Notes: generated by a model not told the origin, from the letters alone. DNA of 64,000 nucleotides from Octopus sinensis (GCF_006345805.1 NC_043001.1:112778001-112842000), one strand, 5' to 3'; counted from the stretch's first letter, positions 37,503 through 51,955 are shown. Numbers and translations are program-made.

Positions 37503-38930
37503 ATTATTTGACTTATTTTTACTTCTGTCCTGCAGTGTCATACTTGTAGCTTGAGTCCATTAACACCAGTAGCAGTTTGAAAATTTTACATTTCACATTG
37601 GTAGAGCTTCTGAAATTTTAATTAAAACATTCATCTACATCCAAAATATGACCTTAATAGAGATATTAATATTTTAGTAATCACCTTAATGATTTTATTT
37701 TTGTTTGACACTATCATCTCCATCTCCATTAAATACAAAACTAGCAGTATTTATACTAGTACTACTGCTCTTCTTTAACCATCACCTCTGACTAAACTTG
37801 TAGAATAGTTAAAGCATTGGAAAAGTGGTTTGTGATTTATCTTTTTATGACTCTTTACATTCTGAGTTCAAATCTCTCCAAAGTAAACTTTATTTTCATT
37901 GCTCTTTGGTCAGTAAATTAGAATCAAGGGTATCGACTAACTCTCCCCACAAAATTACTGGTCTTGTTTCTAAATTAGAAGCAATTATTAATATTTTTGC
38001 AATCCTCTCATTATTTGATCACTGTTATTTGATATTATCTGACATCATATTAGTATTAGTGTAATGCAAACATTGTGGTGACAATTGTATTTTTGTAAAT
38101 CTAAAGTTGGGGTCTTTATTGTTAATCTTTCAGACATCGTTTTCCTTTCTTCTTCTTCTTCCCCTTTTTTATCGCCATTATATTCATTTACTCATTCTTT
38201 CATTTTCTCATCAGTTTCTTTACTGTTTGCTTTTTTTCTTAGTATTTAGCATGATTCTTATTTTTTTTTATAATCTTTTATTTATTTTTTCTTATTTTTT
38301 TTTAATATAATCTTTTATTTATTTTTTTCTTATTTTTTCCTCCTTTTCTACTTTTCTCCTATTTCCAATTATACATTCCTCTCTTGTTCTCTTTTCTCAA
38401 CTCTTCTTCTTCATTTCGTTTTCATTCTATCATTTATTTGTTCTATTCTGAAGGACTTTTTTGTCTTTTGTACATTTATTCCTGACCAGTTTTGCTATTG
38501 CTTTGATCTCTTTGATTTTCTGCCATTAAAGTAGGAAACTTCATCTTTCTCTTCACTACCCAACTCTCTCTCTCTCTCCACCTCTCTTTGTATTTCCGAT
38601 GACTCTTTTCTCACCATCGCCCACTCACCCATCTACTTAAACCTCTGTCTTCATAATTGTTACATCCATGCAACAACCCACCTACATACTGAACATGAAA
38701 TTTTTCTTTTTTATAATTCCTACTCTACCATCTGCGCTACAGTCATGCTAACTTAACCAGACAATGTGATATCCTGTTTTTCAGCACGTGTAAGATATAC
38801 TTGCATAACATAGCAGCCATCACTACAATATTCTGCAGTTTAGTAGAGTAAAAGGAGCCCAGTCTGCACACTGAACTGGGGACTTTTGCATTTTATTTTG
38901 TCTTGTAATATGGTTATTATTGATTTCACA

Positions 38931-39313
38931 TGGAGGCACAATGGCCCAGTGGTTAGGGCAGCGGACTCACAGTCATAGGATCGCGGTTTCGATTCCCAGA
39001 CCGGGCGTTGTGAGTGTTTATTGAGCGAAAACACCTAAAGCTCCACGAGGCTCCGGCAGGGGATGGTGGTGATCCCTGCTGTACTCTTTCACCACAACTT
39101 TCTCTCACTCTTACTTCCTGTTTCTGTTGTACCTGTATTTCAAGGGGCCGGCCTTGTCACTCTCTGTGTCACACTGAATATCCCCGAGAACTACGTTAAG
39201 GGTACACGTGTCTGTGGAGTGCTCAGCCACTTACACGTTAATTTCACGAGCAGGCTGTTCCGTTGATTCGGATCAACCGGAACCCTCGTCGTCGTAACCG
39301 ACGGAGTGCTTCC
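38931..39313 (+). mobile_element. SINE family C, full length (~380 bp)
   Basis: tRNA-like head; TSD ATTGATTTCACA/ATTGATTTGACA. Confidence 0.9.
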
Positions 39314-39641
39314 CCATTGATTTGACAGAGTGCAACAAGTGTATTGTTGCAAATACCTTCGTATGTGCCAGCACTTTAATGTTTATTCTGTTGTCACAGA
39401 ACAATGTTTGACTTGTCTTTCCAGCATACAGCTCGCTTATTCCAGATGTTCCATCTTTTTAGATTAATTTTCTTGGAACAATGAAAAAAAAAAAACCCAT
39501 TAAAAATGAGAACAAAATGAACTGGAAAATAAGCAAACAAAAATAAAATGAATTACTTTTTTCTCTGTTTTAAATAAATAACAAAAAGAAATTTCACATG
39601 CAATTTTGCTGAATTTTTTGAAATTGATATAAGCACATTGC

Positions 39642-39674
<33 letters not shown>

Positions 39675-40510
39675 ATCATGTTATGTTGGATTAAAAACAA
39701 ATCTGTATTTACTTTTATTTCAAAAGTGGAATGAATGTGTGTGTATACATACACACACACACACCACCTCATAGCTGATGTGTGTATGTGCATGAATATG
39801 AACACGTGTTAACTTCACAGATATTTTAACTGTCTTGACTGACAAAAAAATCTTTATTCTTACTGAGTCAGAGTGGGGTGTACCAATCTTTCATTGTCAA
39901 ATTCAAGCTGTTATAGATACAGATCAAGCTTTTCAAGATTAATCTCTACAGTTGAGAACAATTCTATAGTCATTCATCAACTGATGCGTTTTGCTTTTAA
40001 TTATAAAATCAAAATTTTTAATCCTAAATTTTATGATCAAATGTTAAAACCAGATGACAGATTAGATCTATCACCGAAGTAGACCATGGTGGGATTTGAG
40101 CTTGATATGCAATGACTTGGGGGAACAAATGCCACCAGGCATTTGGTCCAACATTTTTGCAAGCCTGACAAACTACTGGCTTGAGTTGCTACTTTTTTTT
40201 TATTGAACCCAAGTGGATGAAGTGTAAAGTTGGCAGGATTTGAACTCAGAGTGCTGAAAATTGGAACTCTTACTGCAAAACCTTTCCCTAATCATTACAA
40301 TGTTGCCGACCTCCTTCTCACACTTTTCTTATCCCTTCCTCCAACACTCTTGCAAATCCCCACTACCCCAATCCACTACTAATCCTGCTACTTGAGTTGC
40401 CACCCAGAAAGCTCATCTATCTCCTTGGAGATAACCTTTAATTCATTCTCTTTCTCTATTCTCTCTCTCTCTCTCTCTCATGCCCCTAAATGTGAGTAGT
40501 CAGTCCTCTA

Positions 40511-40822
40511 CAAAAAGGGTTCTCAACCATTTTTTATCTGTTGACCCCTTTGGTTACCATTTTATTCTGGTGGATCCCAAACCCCTTTCAAAATACCTCT
40601 TTTATTTTGCACATAACTTGTGTAGGTTGAACTATGTAAAATGTCAGAAAAAAAAAAAACAAGCTGTTTTTAGCAATATGTATCAATACATTTAAAGCAA
40701 AACTTTTTCAGGGGCCTTTGAAATACTATCATCGATCCGCAATTTACTATTTTGTTGCATGGACTCCCAAAAATCTTATGTGGACACTCAAGGGCCATCT
40801 GGACCCCAGTTGAGAACCACTG
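40511..40822. mobile_element. hAT-type MITE (same family as 12016, inverted)
   Basis: Ends GGTTCTCAACC and GTTGAGAACCACTG; the interior is reverse-complement similar to 12016-12350. Confidence 0.6.
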
Positions 40823-40957
40823 TTCTAAAACAAGAACCTGCCCTTTCTCCAACCTCTTCCTTCGTACTTTAATCCCCATCCAAAATACTGTTGCAGCATC
40901 TTCCCTCTCTGAGTTTGATGGCTTGTGAGCTACTTAAAATCTTCCATTGTTCCAGTG

Positions 40958-41150
40958 GCATGAAAAAAAAAAAAAGCACTCAGTACGCACTGTAAAATGG
41001 TTGGTGTTACGAAGGGCATCCAGCTATAGAAACAATGCCACAGCAGGCAGTGGAGCACAATGCAATTCTTTGACTCATTGGATCCTTGTCAAACTGTCCA
41101 ACCCATGCTAATATGAAACATGGACATTAAATAATGATGATGATGATGAT
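40958..41150 (+). mobile_element. Degenerate family D-like tail with (GAT)n
   Basis: GGTTGGTGTTACGAAGGGCATCCAGCT...GGACATTAAA(TGA)n. Confidence 0.65.
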
Positions 41151-41168
41151 TCTTTTAATGGTTTCAGT

Positions 41169-41341
41169 ACAGCCAGGAACAGTCTTCGCTACATTTGCGG
41201 TACCTGCCAGAGGGAGTGTTTGTCCAGGATAGGACTACACAGCCACAGCAGGAAATGTATCAGGACATGAAATGAAAAAGCCGGACTAGACTACTTTATG
41301 CGCAACTCCATTGTCTCCCGAGACAAAAAGGATGCCAACCA
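41169..41341 (+). mobile_element. RTE/BovB-like LINE 3' end (terminal C2H2/C-like motif)
   Basis: 41169-41270 encodes TARNSLRYICGTCQRECLSRIGLHSHSRKCIRT*, with the CxxC...SRIGLxSH motif typical of RTE-BovB-like ORF ends, followed by a short 3' UTR. Confidence 0.75.
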
Positions 41342-42178
41342 AGGAAGATGTTACCATGCTGGAGCACCACCTTCAAGGATTTTACTGTCCAAACCATGCT
41401 AATATGAAACATGGACATTAAATGATGATGATGATGATGATTGTTATTTTAATAGTTTCAGTAATTAGAAGATGTTACCATGCTGGAGCACCACCTTGAA
41501 GGGTTTTACTATAGCAATTATTTTATTAAGTTACTTTTTTGGTTATGTAAGGATGCAACGTAACTTGCCATGGACACACACACACACACACACTTATTTT
41601 TAATTGAAACTAAGACTACAATTAAATAGATGTGCATGTGTGCACATTCACCTCTTACTTGTCTCCCCACCTTCTCTCTGCATACATGCGTTAGGCTTCC
41701 ATACAGTTTCTATCTACTGAAATGTATACATGATACATGAAATATATATCGAATGATATAATGAAAGTAAAATAAATACGTAACGAGTATACAAATCAGT
41801 GGAGTGGGATATTATTAATAAAAGAAGAGAAAAAAAAAATGTAAAAATACCACCTACATCATTCTGGAACAAAATAGGTAAAAAAAGGAAAGGATTCTGA
41901 ATCAACAACCATTATTTTACATAATATCTGATTTTAGAAACATTTGACAACATTTAGATGTTGAGAGTATATATATATATTATTTTTTTAACATTTTAAA
42001 ATCTTTTTTTTCTTCTTTTTTCCCTTTGCGAGTCAATATAAATTAAAATATTTTTAAAGTTCACATTACAGAGATGAAGAGATTGAGTGAAAAGTTTCCA
42101 GTAAAAAAATAAAGAAAAAAATCTACAATGGGTTTTATATATATATATATATACGCATATATATATACATATATATAC

Positions 42179-42216
<38 letters not shown>

Positions 42217-42290
42217 GCATATATATATATATATATATATGCATATATATATATATATATATATGCATATATATATATATGCATATATAT

Positions 42291-42360
<70 letters not shown>

Positions 42361-43535
42361 CGCATATATATATATATATATACATACATATATTAATGTG
42401 TGTATGTCTATGAATATGTATGTATGTTTATGTGCGTGTGTGTGTGTGTGTGTGCGTGTATGAATGTATTTGAATTCGTGTTGGTTCTGTGCATGCTATT
42501 CGTTTATTAAGTATGCATGAACGATTGAATATTTTTTCCTGAAAAATTCTTTTGATTTAATATGGTTTTTTTTTCATGTTTTTGTGTTAAATCTTCAATT
42601 GGAAAATTGAACAAACACAAATCCTTATGTATACATTTTTTTTTTGTGTGTGTGTATTCTCATTGATATTATATTTTGTGTATGCATATATACATTTACC
42701 TATCTGAAAATACATTCGTTGGTGTTTATATTTGTTTGTGTGTTCAATATACATACTCTACATATCTCCAGACATATATCTGGTGGTGTGTTAGGACTCT
42801 ATACGCACATAACTGTATAAACATACGCGTACAATTATACACAAATATAATATATACATATATGTGTAATATAGTTCAACATAAACACAATAAATGCATG
42901 TTTACTTGTCTATACGCATACTTGATTTTGACATTTGATATCTGTATAAAAAGTTCTTTTATTTTAGATTTCGAAATATCACTTTTGTACCCTTTGTTAT
43001 ATCGCTTTGATATCTCCCATTATATCCCCAATAGATCTATTCAATTTTCATGTAACACTACACAATATAGGATTCAGGCCATACTTATATCCTATTGGTT
43101 TGTGATAAATAAAATGTTCAATTGATTAATCTTTGCTTGAATGGGTTCAAAATATCATCACCATTGTCATTGCAGCATTGCTAACACTGCTGTTGCCACC
43201 ATAGTAGTGGTAGTAGTAGTAGTAGTATAGTAGTAGTAGTGGTAGTGGTAGTGGTAGTAGTAGTAGTAGTAGTAGTAGTAATAATTGCATGCCAGTAACA
43301 AGTTTTAAAGTCTGCATTTCTGCGATTCATTTGAACCCATCTAAGTTGACTTAGCCTTTCATCCCTCTGGTATTTACAAAATAAATAACCAAATTGATTT
43401 AAAAGGGTGGAGCAACTTGTGCATAGAATGTTAGGGTTTGTTGCGATGTTTGACCCTGTAGTTTTGCCAACTTTTCTGTGAATTGTACTGTGTGTGTGAA
43501 AGTGAGTCTTAACTCATGCTTTAACATCAGATTGC

Positions 43536-43572
<37 letters not shown>

Positions 43573-43825
43573 TTGATTTCTGACATATGCCAAGGGCACT
43601 AAGGGAAGGGTACAGTTGATTGCATTGACCCCAATGCTTAAATACTTTGATCTTGGCAGGATTTGAACTCGGCACCAAAAGATACGTCATTAAGTATGAT
43701 AAGGTATTTGTATCTACTGCTCTACTTTAGCTGCCACGTAATGCTCCTCCTCCTCCTCCTACTACTACTACTACTAATACTACCACCACCACCACACCAC
43801 CACCACCACCGCCGCCACCAATAAT

Positions 43826-43980
43826 TTCTACTCTGGGCACAAGGCCTGAAATTTTGGTGAGGAAGGACTAGTCAATTACATTGACCCCATTACCTTAGTG
43901 ACTCTGAAAGGATGAAAGGCAAATTTAACCTGGGCAGAATTTGAACTCAGAATGTAAAGACAGACAAAATGCTGCTAAGC
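43826..43980 (-). mobile_element. Older SINE family B-like copy
   Basis: GAAAGGATGAAAGGCAAA...GAATTTGAACTCAGAA. Confidence 0.7.
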
Positions 43981-44849
43981 TCATCATCTGGTGGGTTACA
44001 CTACTAAAAACATTCAGTTAGGCATAAACTATTCAGAAAGTTCTGTGAGCTGCAGGTCACCCATGGCTGTATTAGATCATAGTTATCAAACTTGTTTCTC
44101 CTTAATACAAGTAGTTGGAAAGTGGAATAAATATCTTTCAGGATGACAAGGAATAATGTAATGTTTTTGAGCAGAGCTCCTTCTTTGGAAGTGATGTCCT
44201 CTGATGTCACCAAATTTCAGTACAAGATTTTCTGACGACAGGTTTTGTCTGAAACATTAACCCTTTCTTCTACTTTATTGCAAGATCATGTTTTTTTTTT
44301 ATTACTTTTCCAATCTTTTATACTCGTTGTCAACCAACATGGACCCATTATGACTTTTCCTGGATCTTATTGTTAGATTCAAAATATTATTTAGTTAGTA
44401 AGAACTCTGCCAAAGACGTACTTACTGTAAGCAAAAGAGGAAGCTGTGTTTGCGATTAACTGTTTATGGGAAACTAGATACCAGTCCCTGTTTTGAGAGT
44501 GATTGATTTGTAATTTCCAGCTGTTCAGTAGCCGTTTCCAAAATATATGCAAACACCCTGGTTTTCAAATGTGTTGTATATTTGATATCACAGGAAAGAA
44601 AGTCTAAAATAGAGCCTGCCTTTCTCATTGCTTAAGTGTTTCCTTTTCAAATTGATATATATTCACTTATGTGTATATATCTGTATATATGTATGTTTGT
44701 GTGTTGGGGTTGATAAAGTGCCAATCATGTACTGAGCTTCAGGGTATTGATAACTCTGTTAAAAAATTACTGGGTTTGTGCTTAAATTAGGTACTGTTAT
44801 TATTATTATTATTATTATCATCATCATCATCATCAGCATTATTTAGTGG

Positions 44850-44985
44850 TATTTTGCCTGTCGCTACATCCTGAATTCAAATTCCACCAAGATTGAGTTT
44901 GTCTTTCATCCTTTTGGGGTCAATAAATTAAGTACCTTTGAAACACTGGGGTTGATGTAATTGACTGGTCCTCTCCCACCAAATA
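44850..44985 (+). mobile_element. Older SINE family B-like copy
   Basis: CTGAATTCAAATTCC...TTTCATCCTTTTGGGGTCAATAAA. Confidence 0.65.
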
Positions 44986-45416
44986 TTCTCCATATCTTGT
45001 ATTGAGTACTTTTCTCCTCACTTGTAAATACAAACTATTATCTAATTTACACACGCACTCTTATATATTGACTGTACTTGAAAATTATTTTCAAACCTTC
45101 TTTTAATGTTGTAAGATCGAGAATATTCAAATATTGTTATTTCCTCTCTGAAGTTCCATATCTATTGTCTTTTTACTATTTATCTTTATTTTGTTTCCTT
45201 ATATTTTTTTGTAAAACTAGTGCAATTCCGTTACATCCTTAATTAATTACTTTGATGTTACGTTTTTGTAAAACAGTCTTCTTTTTTCATCAATTGTTAA
45301 GTTCTCTGGGTGTTTTTATTCAGTCCTTCAGGTGTTATTCAATCCAATTGTTTCCCATATATTTTTCTTTGTGCATCATACATATGTGATTGTGTGTCTA
45401 TGTGTGTGTCTGTGTG

Positions 45417-45472
<56 letters not shown>

Positions 45473-45734
45473 TATATTTATATATATATATATGTATATA
45501 TTTGAATCTGTGTGTCTGTATATATATATTTATGTATGTATTACATATATGTAAATATATCATTTCTTTTGTTTTACACAAACTAGATTTATTCAGAAAA
45601 CTTTTTATTTGTCCTCTATTAATACAACAGTTTTTGAATTTCACACACTCTTTATTGGCTAAATATATCTTAAAATATTAAAAAAAAAATATTGCAATAA
45701 ATATATAAATGAACAACTACAATAATAAACACAC

Positions 45735-45784
<50 letters not shown>

Positions 45785-46457
45785 ATATGTCTTGTTCATG
45801 AGTGTTTCTATGTGAATTCTTTGTTCATCACAATATCCCACATCACTCGCATGAATACATGAATATACGACTACCTGTCTTTCTATACGCATTTGCCTCA
45901 CCAGCCGCTACTGTGTAATTGCTTTATATGTATTTTAAATATTGTGTGTGTGTATTAATGTACATATGTATCTATGAAATCTTATGATCTTATATAAATA
46001 TATATGCGTAAACACGTGCAAAAACATTTGTATGTGTGAAAAAAAGAAATAAAGTAGGATTTTATTTTTCTTTTTTTCTAATTTTCTTCGTATTTGATCT
46101 CGGTATATATATTCTTTCTATGTTGTCTGTTACAAGTCTGTTTATATTTCCTTTATATTTCTCAATGTAGTAGTAGTAGTGGTTCGGTGGTGAAAGAATC
46201 AGTTTGTGTTTAAAATACAAAATAAAAACAAAAAACAAAAAAACAAAAAAAAAAAAAACAAAACCAAGCAAAAAAAAAAAACCCCAATGGAAAACAAACA
46301 AAAAGTACAAAAACAACAACAAAAAAATTGCTGCAGTGTCTATATAGATGTGTTTGTGTTTGTTAGATGAGTTTATCAATGCATATATTGATAGGTATCT
46401 ATAATCATCATCATTGTTTGTATGTTTGTTCATTTTTCTATATCACTGGTTTGTGTG

Positions 46458-46507
<50 letters not shown>

Positions 46508-46769
46508 ACTAAAAAGGAAATCTTATCCAAGAATGGTATTAAGAGGAGCAACTATATTTTGTGTAAACATTTCCAAGTTTGTAGTTTTAGAATCTCTACA
46601 GTTTTCACTGAGTGCTTGCTTGTTCATTCTCTTTTTATTTATATTGGTTTTCCTGATGTTCAACCAATGTCTTTTCACAGGATTCTTGCTTGTCAGTTAG
46701 CAAATGTTACATTTTCCTAGCTTTCTCTCCCCCCCAGTTCTCTTCCTATCCATTTCTGGTTCCATCAGT

Positions 46770-47190
46770 TACTCTTTACTCTCTACTCTTTTACTTGTTT
46801 CGGTCATTTGACTGCGGCCATGCTGGAGCACCGCCTTTAGTCGAGCAAATCGACCCCGGGACTTATTCTTTTTGTAAGCCCCAGTACTTATTCTAACGGT
46901 CTGTTTTGCCGAACCGCTAAGTGACGGGGACATAAACACACCAGCATCGGTTGTCAAGCAATGCTAGGGGGACAAACACAGACACACAAACACACATATA
47001 CATATACATATATATATACATATATACGACAGGCTTCTTTCAGTTTCCGTCTACCAAATCCACTCACAAGGCATTGGTCGGCCCAGGGCTATAGCAGAAG
47101 ACACTTGCCCAAGATGCCCCGCAGTGGGACTGAACCCGGAACCATGTGGTTGGTTAGCAAGCTACTTACCACACAGCCACTCCTGTGCCT
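46770..47190 (-). mobile_element. SINE family A
   Basis: Full copy. Confidence 0.9.
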
Positions 47191-48190
47191 ATAGTTTGGT
47201 TTTGAAGAACATTTTAGTCCTGTCCTTTGTATTATCCTCTTTAATTAAGTCTAATGATAATTTGGAACTGTTCATGTTTATTGATGGCTGCTGATAATAT
47301 AATTTCATTTTTTCTCTGTGTTTATGAATGAACGTGCGCCTTCTATTTTTAATTGTGCACTTCTGTTGGGGCTACGTGTATGCGATTTACTTTTGTCTCT
47401 TAGACTAATGGGTTTGGAGTTACAGCTCCCTGTTGATAGTATATTCTCTCTCGCTCCATTATGCCCTCTGTTGTGTTTTGGGTTTGAAAAAAATGTAAAT
47501 TCACTTTTGTAGAAGCTGTTTGTTTCATAATTTTTTAAGTGTTTTCTAGCTCTTTTCTTCGTAGTAGGAGGTGTTTATTGGGTTTGTTACTCGAAACTAA
47601 GAAAATTTGCTTTTTATCTATGTAGGTTTTTTAAAATTTAATTATTCATATATTCACTTAATTGCATTTTTCTTTTAGTTTCAATAAAAAAAATTTTTTG
47701 GAGAGAAAATATTGCTCTTAATTTAGAGAAAATGACTGTATATGTAAGTTGATACACATACATAAATGCACACATACACACACACACACACACTTGCACT
47801 TTCACAAATATTTATTTGTAAATTACTTTTTTCCTTTCTAACAATAGTGAAATGGTGATAATTATGTTAGTCTTCATTAAAAGCCAATGTAACTCTACAA
47901 TTATGCCAAGACAGTTACCCACCTGAACTACCCTATCAAAGATTATGTCTAATTAAATATAATGTACTAAATATCACTTTCTCCTGCCAGACATCTATCA
48001 GTATGAAAGCGTTCTATCATACCCCTCAGTATTTATCATAAAAATTCATTTAAAATAAAACTGCAACATACTTCACTTCTGAGAAGCAGCTTATGAATTA
48101 AAAATCTCCTTTCACTCATTCATTGTATGCATTGGTCATCATCCATATGGACAGGTTCAAGGATGTATTTTGTTTTATAAAATCTATTTG

Positions 48191-48445
48191 GCTGGCTTCC
48201 GTGCCGGTGGCATGTTAAAAGCACCGACCGATCGTGGCCGATGCCAGACCCCCCTTGGCACCTGTGCAGGTGGCACGTAAAAAGCACCCACTACACTCGC
48301 GGAGTGGTTGGCGTTAGGAAGGGCATCCAGCTGTAGAAACACTGCCAGATCAGACTGGAGCCTGGTGCAGCCCCTGGCTTCCCAGACCCCGGTTGAACCG
48401 TCCAACTCGCGCTAGCGCGGAAAACGGACGTTAAACGATGATGAT
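48191..48445 (+). mobile_element. Family D retroposon (2 monomers + tail), followed by an old SINE B at 48462-48670
   Basis: Family D motifs and (GAT)n. Confidence 0.85.
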
Positions 48446-49219
48446 TTCGCAATACAGAGCAAGGTGGCAGAATTGTTAGCATGCTGGGCAAAATGCTTAG
48501 CAGGTATTTCGTTTGTCTTTGCATTATGAGTTCAAATTCTGCTGAGGTTGACATTACCTTTCATTAATTCAGAATTGATAAAATAAATACCAGTTGAACA
48601 CAGATCAATGTAAATGACTTGGCCTCTTCTTTGAAATTGGTGGCCTTGTGCCAAAATGTGAAAACAATATAGCTAAATCTAGAGTATCCCTTAAGAGGTA
48701 AGAAATACATCAGATGTGGGCAACTGTTGTATCTTCTGCATATCCCTTTTATGTTTATGATGGCTCTGTCATTAATTGCTGGTTTGGAAAACCAATCTAC
48801 ATTGTCATTTTATTCTTGCTGTCTGCTTCTTCTGGTAATACTTGAGCAAACTCTCATTTTTGAGAACTTTCTGATTTCTTTCTACATCTACTGGAATCTA
48901 ATATTGTCTTCATTTCTGTTTTTGCCACCCATTGCATGTATCATGCTCTAAGTTGGTCATTTTGTTTTATTTTAGCTGAAGAATGTCCTCACAGTACCAC
49001 AGTAGGAAATGTGTTTTACTTGGACCTTATTCTTTTCAGTAATTAGTCCATCCAAAAATACAGCTGAGGTGATACACCTTTGTATGACTGTTGTTTGATC
49101 TATATCAGAGAATAGGATCATCCTCCACACAAAGGTCCAGGTGTTCTGAACATGGGTACTCTCAATTCTTCATAATAACTGTCTTAGTCTCTGCAAACTA
49201 AAGACCCACTTTAGAAGTA

Positions 49220-49591
49220 TCTCTCTATATATAAATGGCAGTTTGTCTGTGTGTGTTTCTGTGTGTCTGTTAGGTTGTACCCTCACCCTGACCACGGCTT
49301 TCAACCGATTCTGATGAAACTTGACACACACATAGCCCAATGTCATAATTCAAAACTAACGCAGCGAAAATTTTGAAAAGTTCCCCCAGTTCTGAAAAAA
49401 TTCGATAAATTCGACATGGGGTCGAGAATCAGAAACACAAACCACAGACTGTCTAGGGGACGCAACTCGACCTTTTTAACTAAAAAAAATTTACCATAAT
49501 TTTTTTTTCCATTTTTTTGGCTATAACTCTCTAAAAATGCTTTATAGTTATTTCCCTTACAAACCCGAGCAACGCCGGGCGATACTGCTAG
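49220..49591 (+). mobile_element. Non-autonomous Helitron, complete
   Basis: A|TCTCTCTATATATAAA...CCCGAGCAACGCCGGG (hairpin)...CTAG|T: canonical AT target, TC/CTAG ends, no TSD. Confidence 0.85.
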
Positions 49592-50109
49592 TTTGAAATA
49601 AAATACTTAGTATTCTTTTCAGAGTGCTATGGTCAATTTGATTAAGGTAATGAGATATAGAATAGCTTAGTTGGAAGAAACTCTTTAGGTCTTCTTAGGC
49701 TCATCAGAGGAAGAGAGGAAGGTCTTCTCATACTGGAGACCTGACTCAGCTAAAGGTACCCAATGATCCAGAGGAAGTTTTAGACTAAAGTAATGGGTTA
49801 AGTTTATCACTCACACTAACTGGGATACATAAACTCAGTGTTATGTGAAGCCATTGCCAACTATACTCAGATCTTTATCTTCATTTATACTTAATATTTT
49901 CTAAACACCATAAGCCTAAGCACTTGCTGGGATTGGTAGCTATACACAACTAACAGTTTTGTGTTCAATTCCACTCTGGAACTACTTTAGCCCCAAGTCA
50001 ACCAATGCCTGGTAAATTACAGAAACCCTGTGAAGTCCATTGTCTATATATATATTGTGTGTGTGTGTCATTGTGTTTGTTCCACCAATGACAAATGATA
50101 TTTGTCTGA

Positions 50110-50400
50110 GCGTCCCATAGGCCTCCTCTTTGAGAAACACTGATTTAACCTAAATTTGAGACACCAGCAAAAGAAGAAGTAAAGATAAGACTTTTTTCCT
50201 GTTCCAAAGAAAAACGATTTCCTACGGCTTTATCGATCGCATTCTCACCTGGAATCGATTTTTATAATTTTTTTCAAAACTTATACACACCCCGTTACTG
50301 TCGGTATCTACACATCAAATTTGAGCGTAATCGGATGGAGTATGCCCGAGATCTTAGAAGCCACACACACACACAGACAGAACGGATTTTATATAAGAGA
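50110..50400 (-). mobile_element. Helitron 5' portion (3' end not found)
   Basis: The minus strand begins A|TCTCTTATATAAAATCCGTTCTGTCTGTGTGTG, like the other Helitrons. The left boundary is approximate. Confidence 0.55.
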
Positions 50401-50435
50401 TTATATATGGATATGTATATATATATGTATATGTA

Positions 50436-50509
<74 letters not shown>

Positions 50510-51269
50510 AGTATGTATAATTATATATGTATATGTATATATATATGTATAATTATATATGTATATTTATATGTGCGTGTGTGTATATGTTTATATATAT
50601 ATGTATATGTGTATATATTTGTATGTGTATATGTATATGTGTATATATATATATATGTATGTGTATATGTATATGCATATATATGTGTGTGTGTATATAT
50701 GTATATGTATGTATATATGTAGATGTATGTATATGTATATATATATTTGTGTATGTAATATGTATATATATACATACATATATATGTATAAATTAATTAA
50801 TTCTTTCAATTATATATGTTCATTTACGTCATGTGTGTATTTGTGTAGCTGTATATTAGTTTGTATGAATTTGTATAGCATGCTGATATTTGTACTCAAT
50901 GTGTGGTCTTGATAGTTAAGTATTCGACAACATTGTTATCCATCTGCTTGTGTATGTGTATATATGCGAGAGCTATGTGCTGATGAATGGACATTTATCA
51001 GTATATATATTTCAACAAAGAACTGCAAACAAAAAAAAAAATATCAAGCAGCTTCATTGCTGTTAGATAAAAAGTGTTAGATAATGGAAACGATTTAAAT
51101 ATTGCACACCTGTGCATACAATACTCTCTTTCAGTTCATTTTCTGAACGTAGTACTTTGTGGTGTTCGTAGCAGTTCAGTTTTAGCAATCTATATTCTGT
51201 GTGTATTCTGAAGGTATGTGTACGAACGCGGCCATTTGTGTGCACAAATGAATGATTCATGCCTGTGTA

Positions 51270-51484
51270 TACTCTTTTACTCTTTTACTCTTTTACTTGT
51301 TTCAGTCATTTGACTGCGGCCATGCTGGAGCACCGCCTTTAGTCGAGCAAATCGACCCCGGGACTTATTCTTTTGTAAGCCCAGTACTTATTCTATCGGG
51401 CTCTTTTTGCCGAACCGCTAAGTGATGGGATCGTAAACACACCAGCATTTGTTGTCAAGCAATGCTAGGGGGACAGACACACAA

Positions 51485-51537
<53 letters not shown>

Positions 51538-51599
51538 ATATATGTGTGTGTGTGTTTGTGTTTGTCCCCCTAGCATTGCTTGACAACCGATGCTGGTTA

Positions 51600-51683
<84 letters not shown>

Positions 51684-51857
51684 CACATATATACGACAGG
51701 CTTCTTTCAGTTTCCGTCTACCAAATCCACTCACAAGGCATTGGTCGGCCCGGGGCTATAGCAGAAGACACTTGCCCAAGATGCCACGCAGTGGGACTGA
51801 ACCCGGAACCATGTGGTTGGTTAACAAGCTACTTACCACACAGCCACTCCTGTGCCT
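51270..51857 (-). mobile_element. SINE family A with an internal inverted duplication
   Basis: Family A copy ~170 bp longer than the others; 51441-51597 is a palindrome centred on (TA)n. Confidence 0.9.
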
Positions 51858-51955
51858 GTGTATGTCTAATTTCAGTACGTATGATGTGGAATTTATACAG
51901 TTCATAAACTTGTATGTATGTCTGTCTTTGTCTCTAAGCATGTATCTATTTGTGT

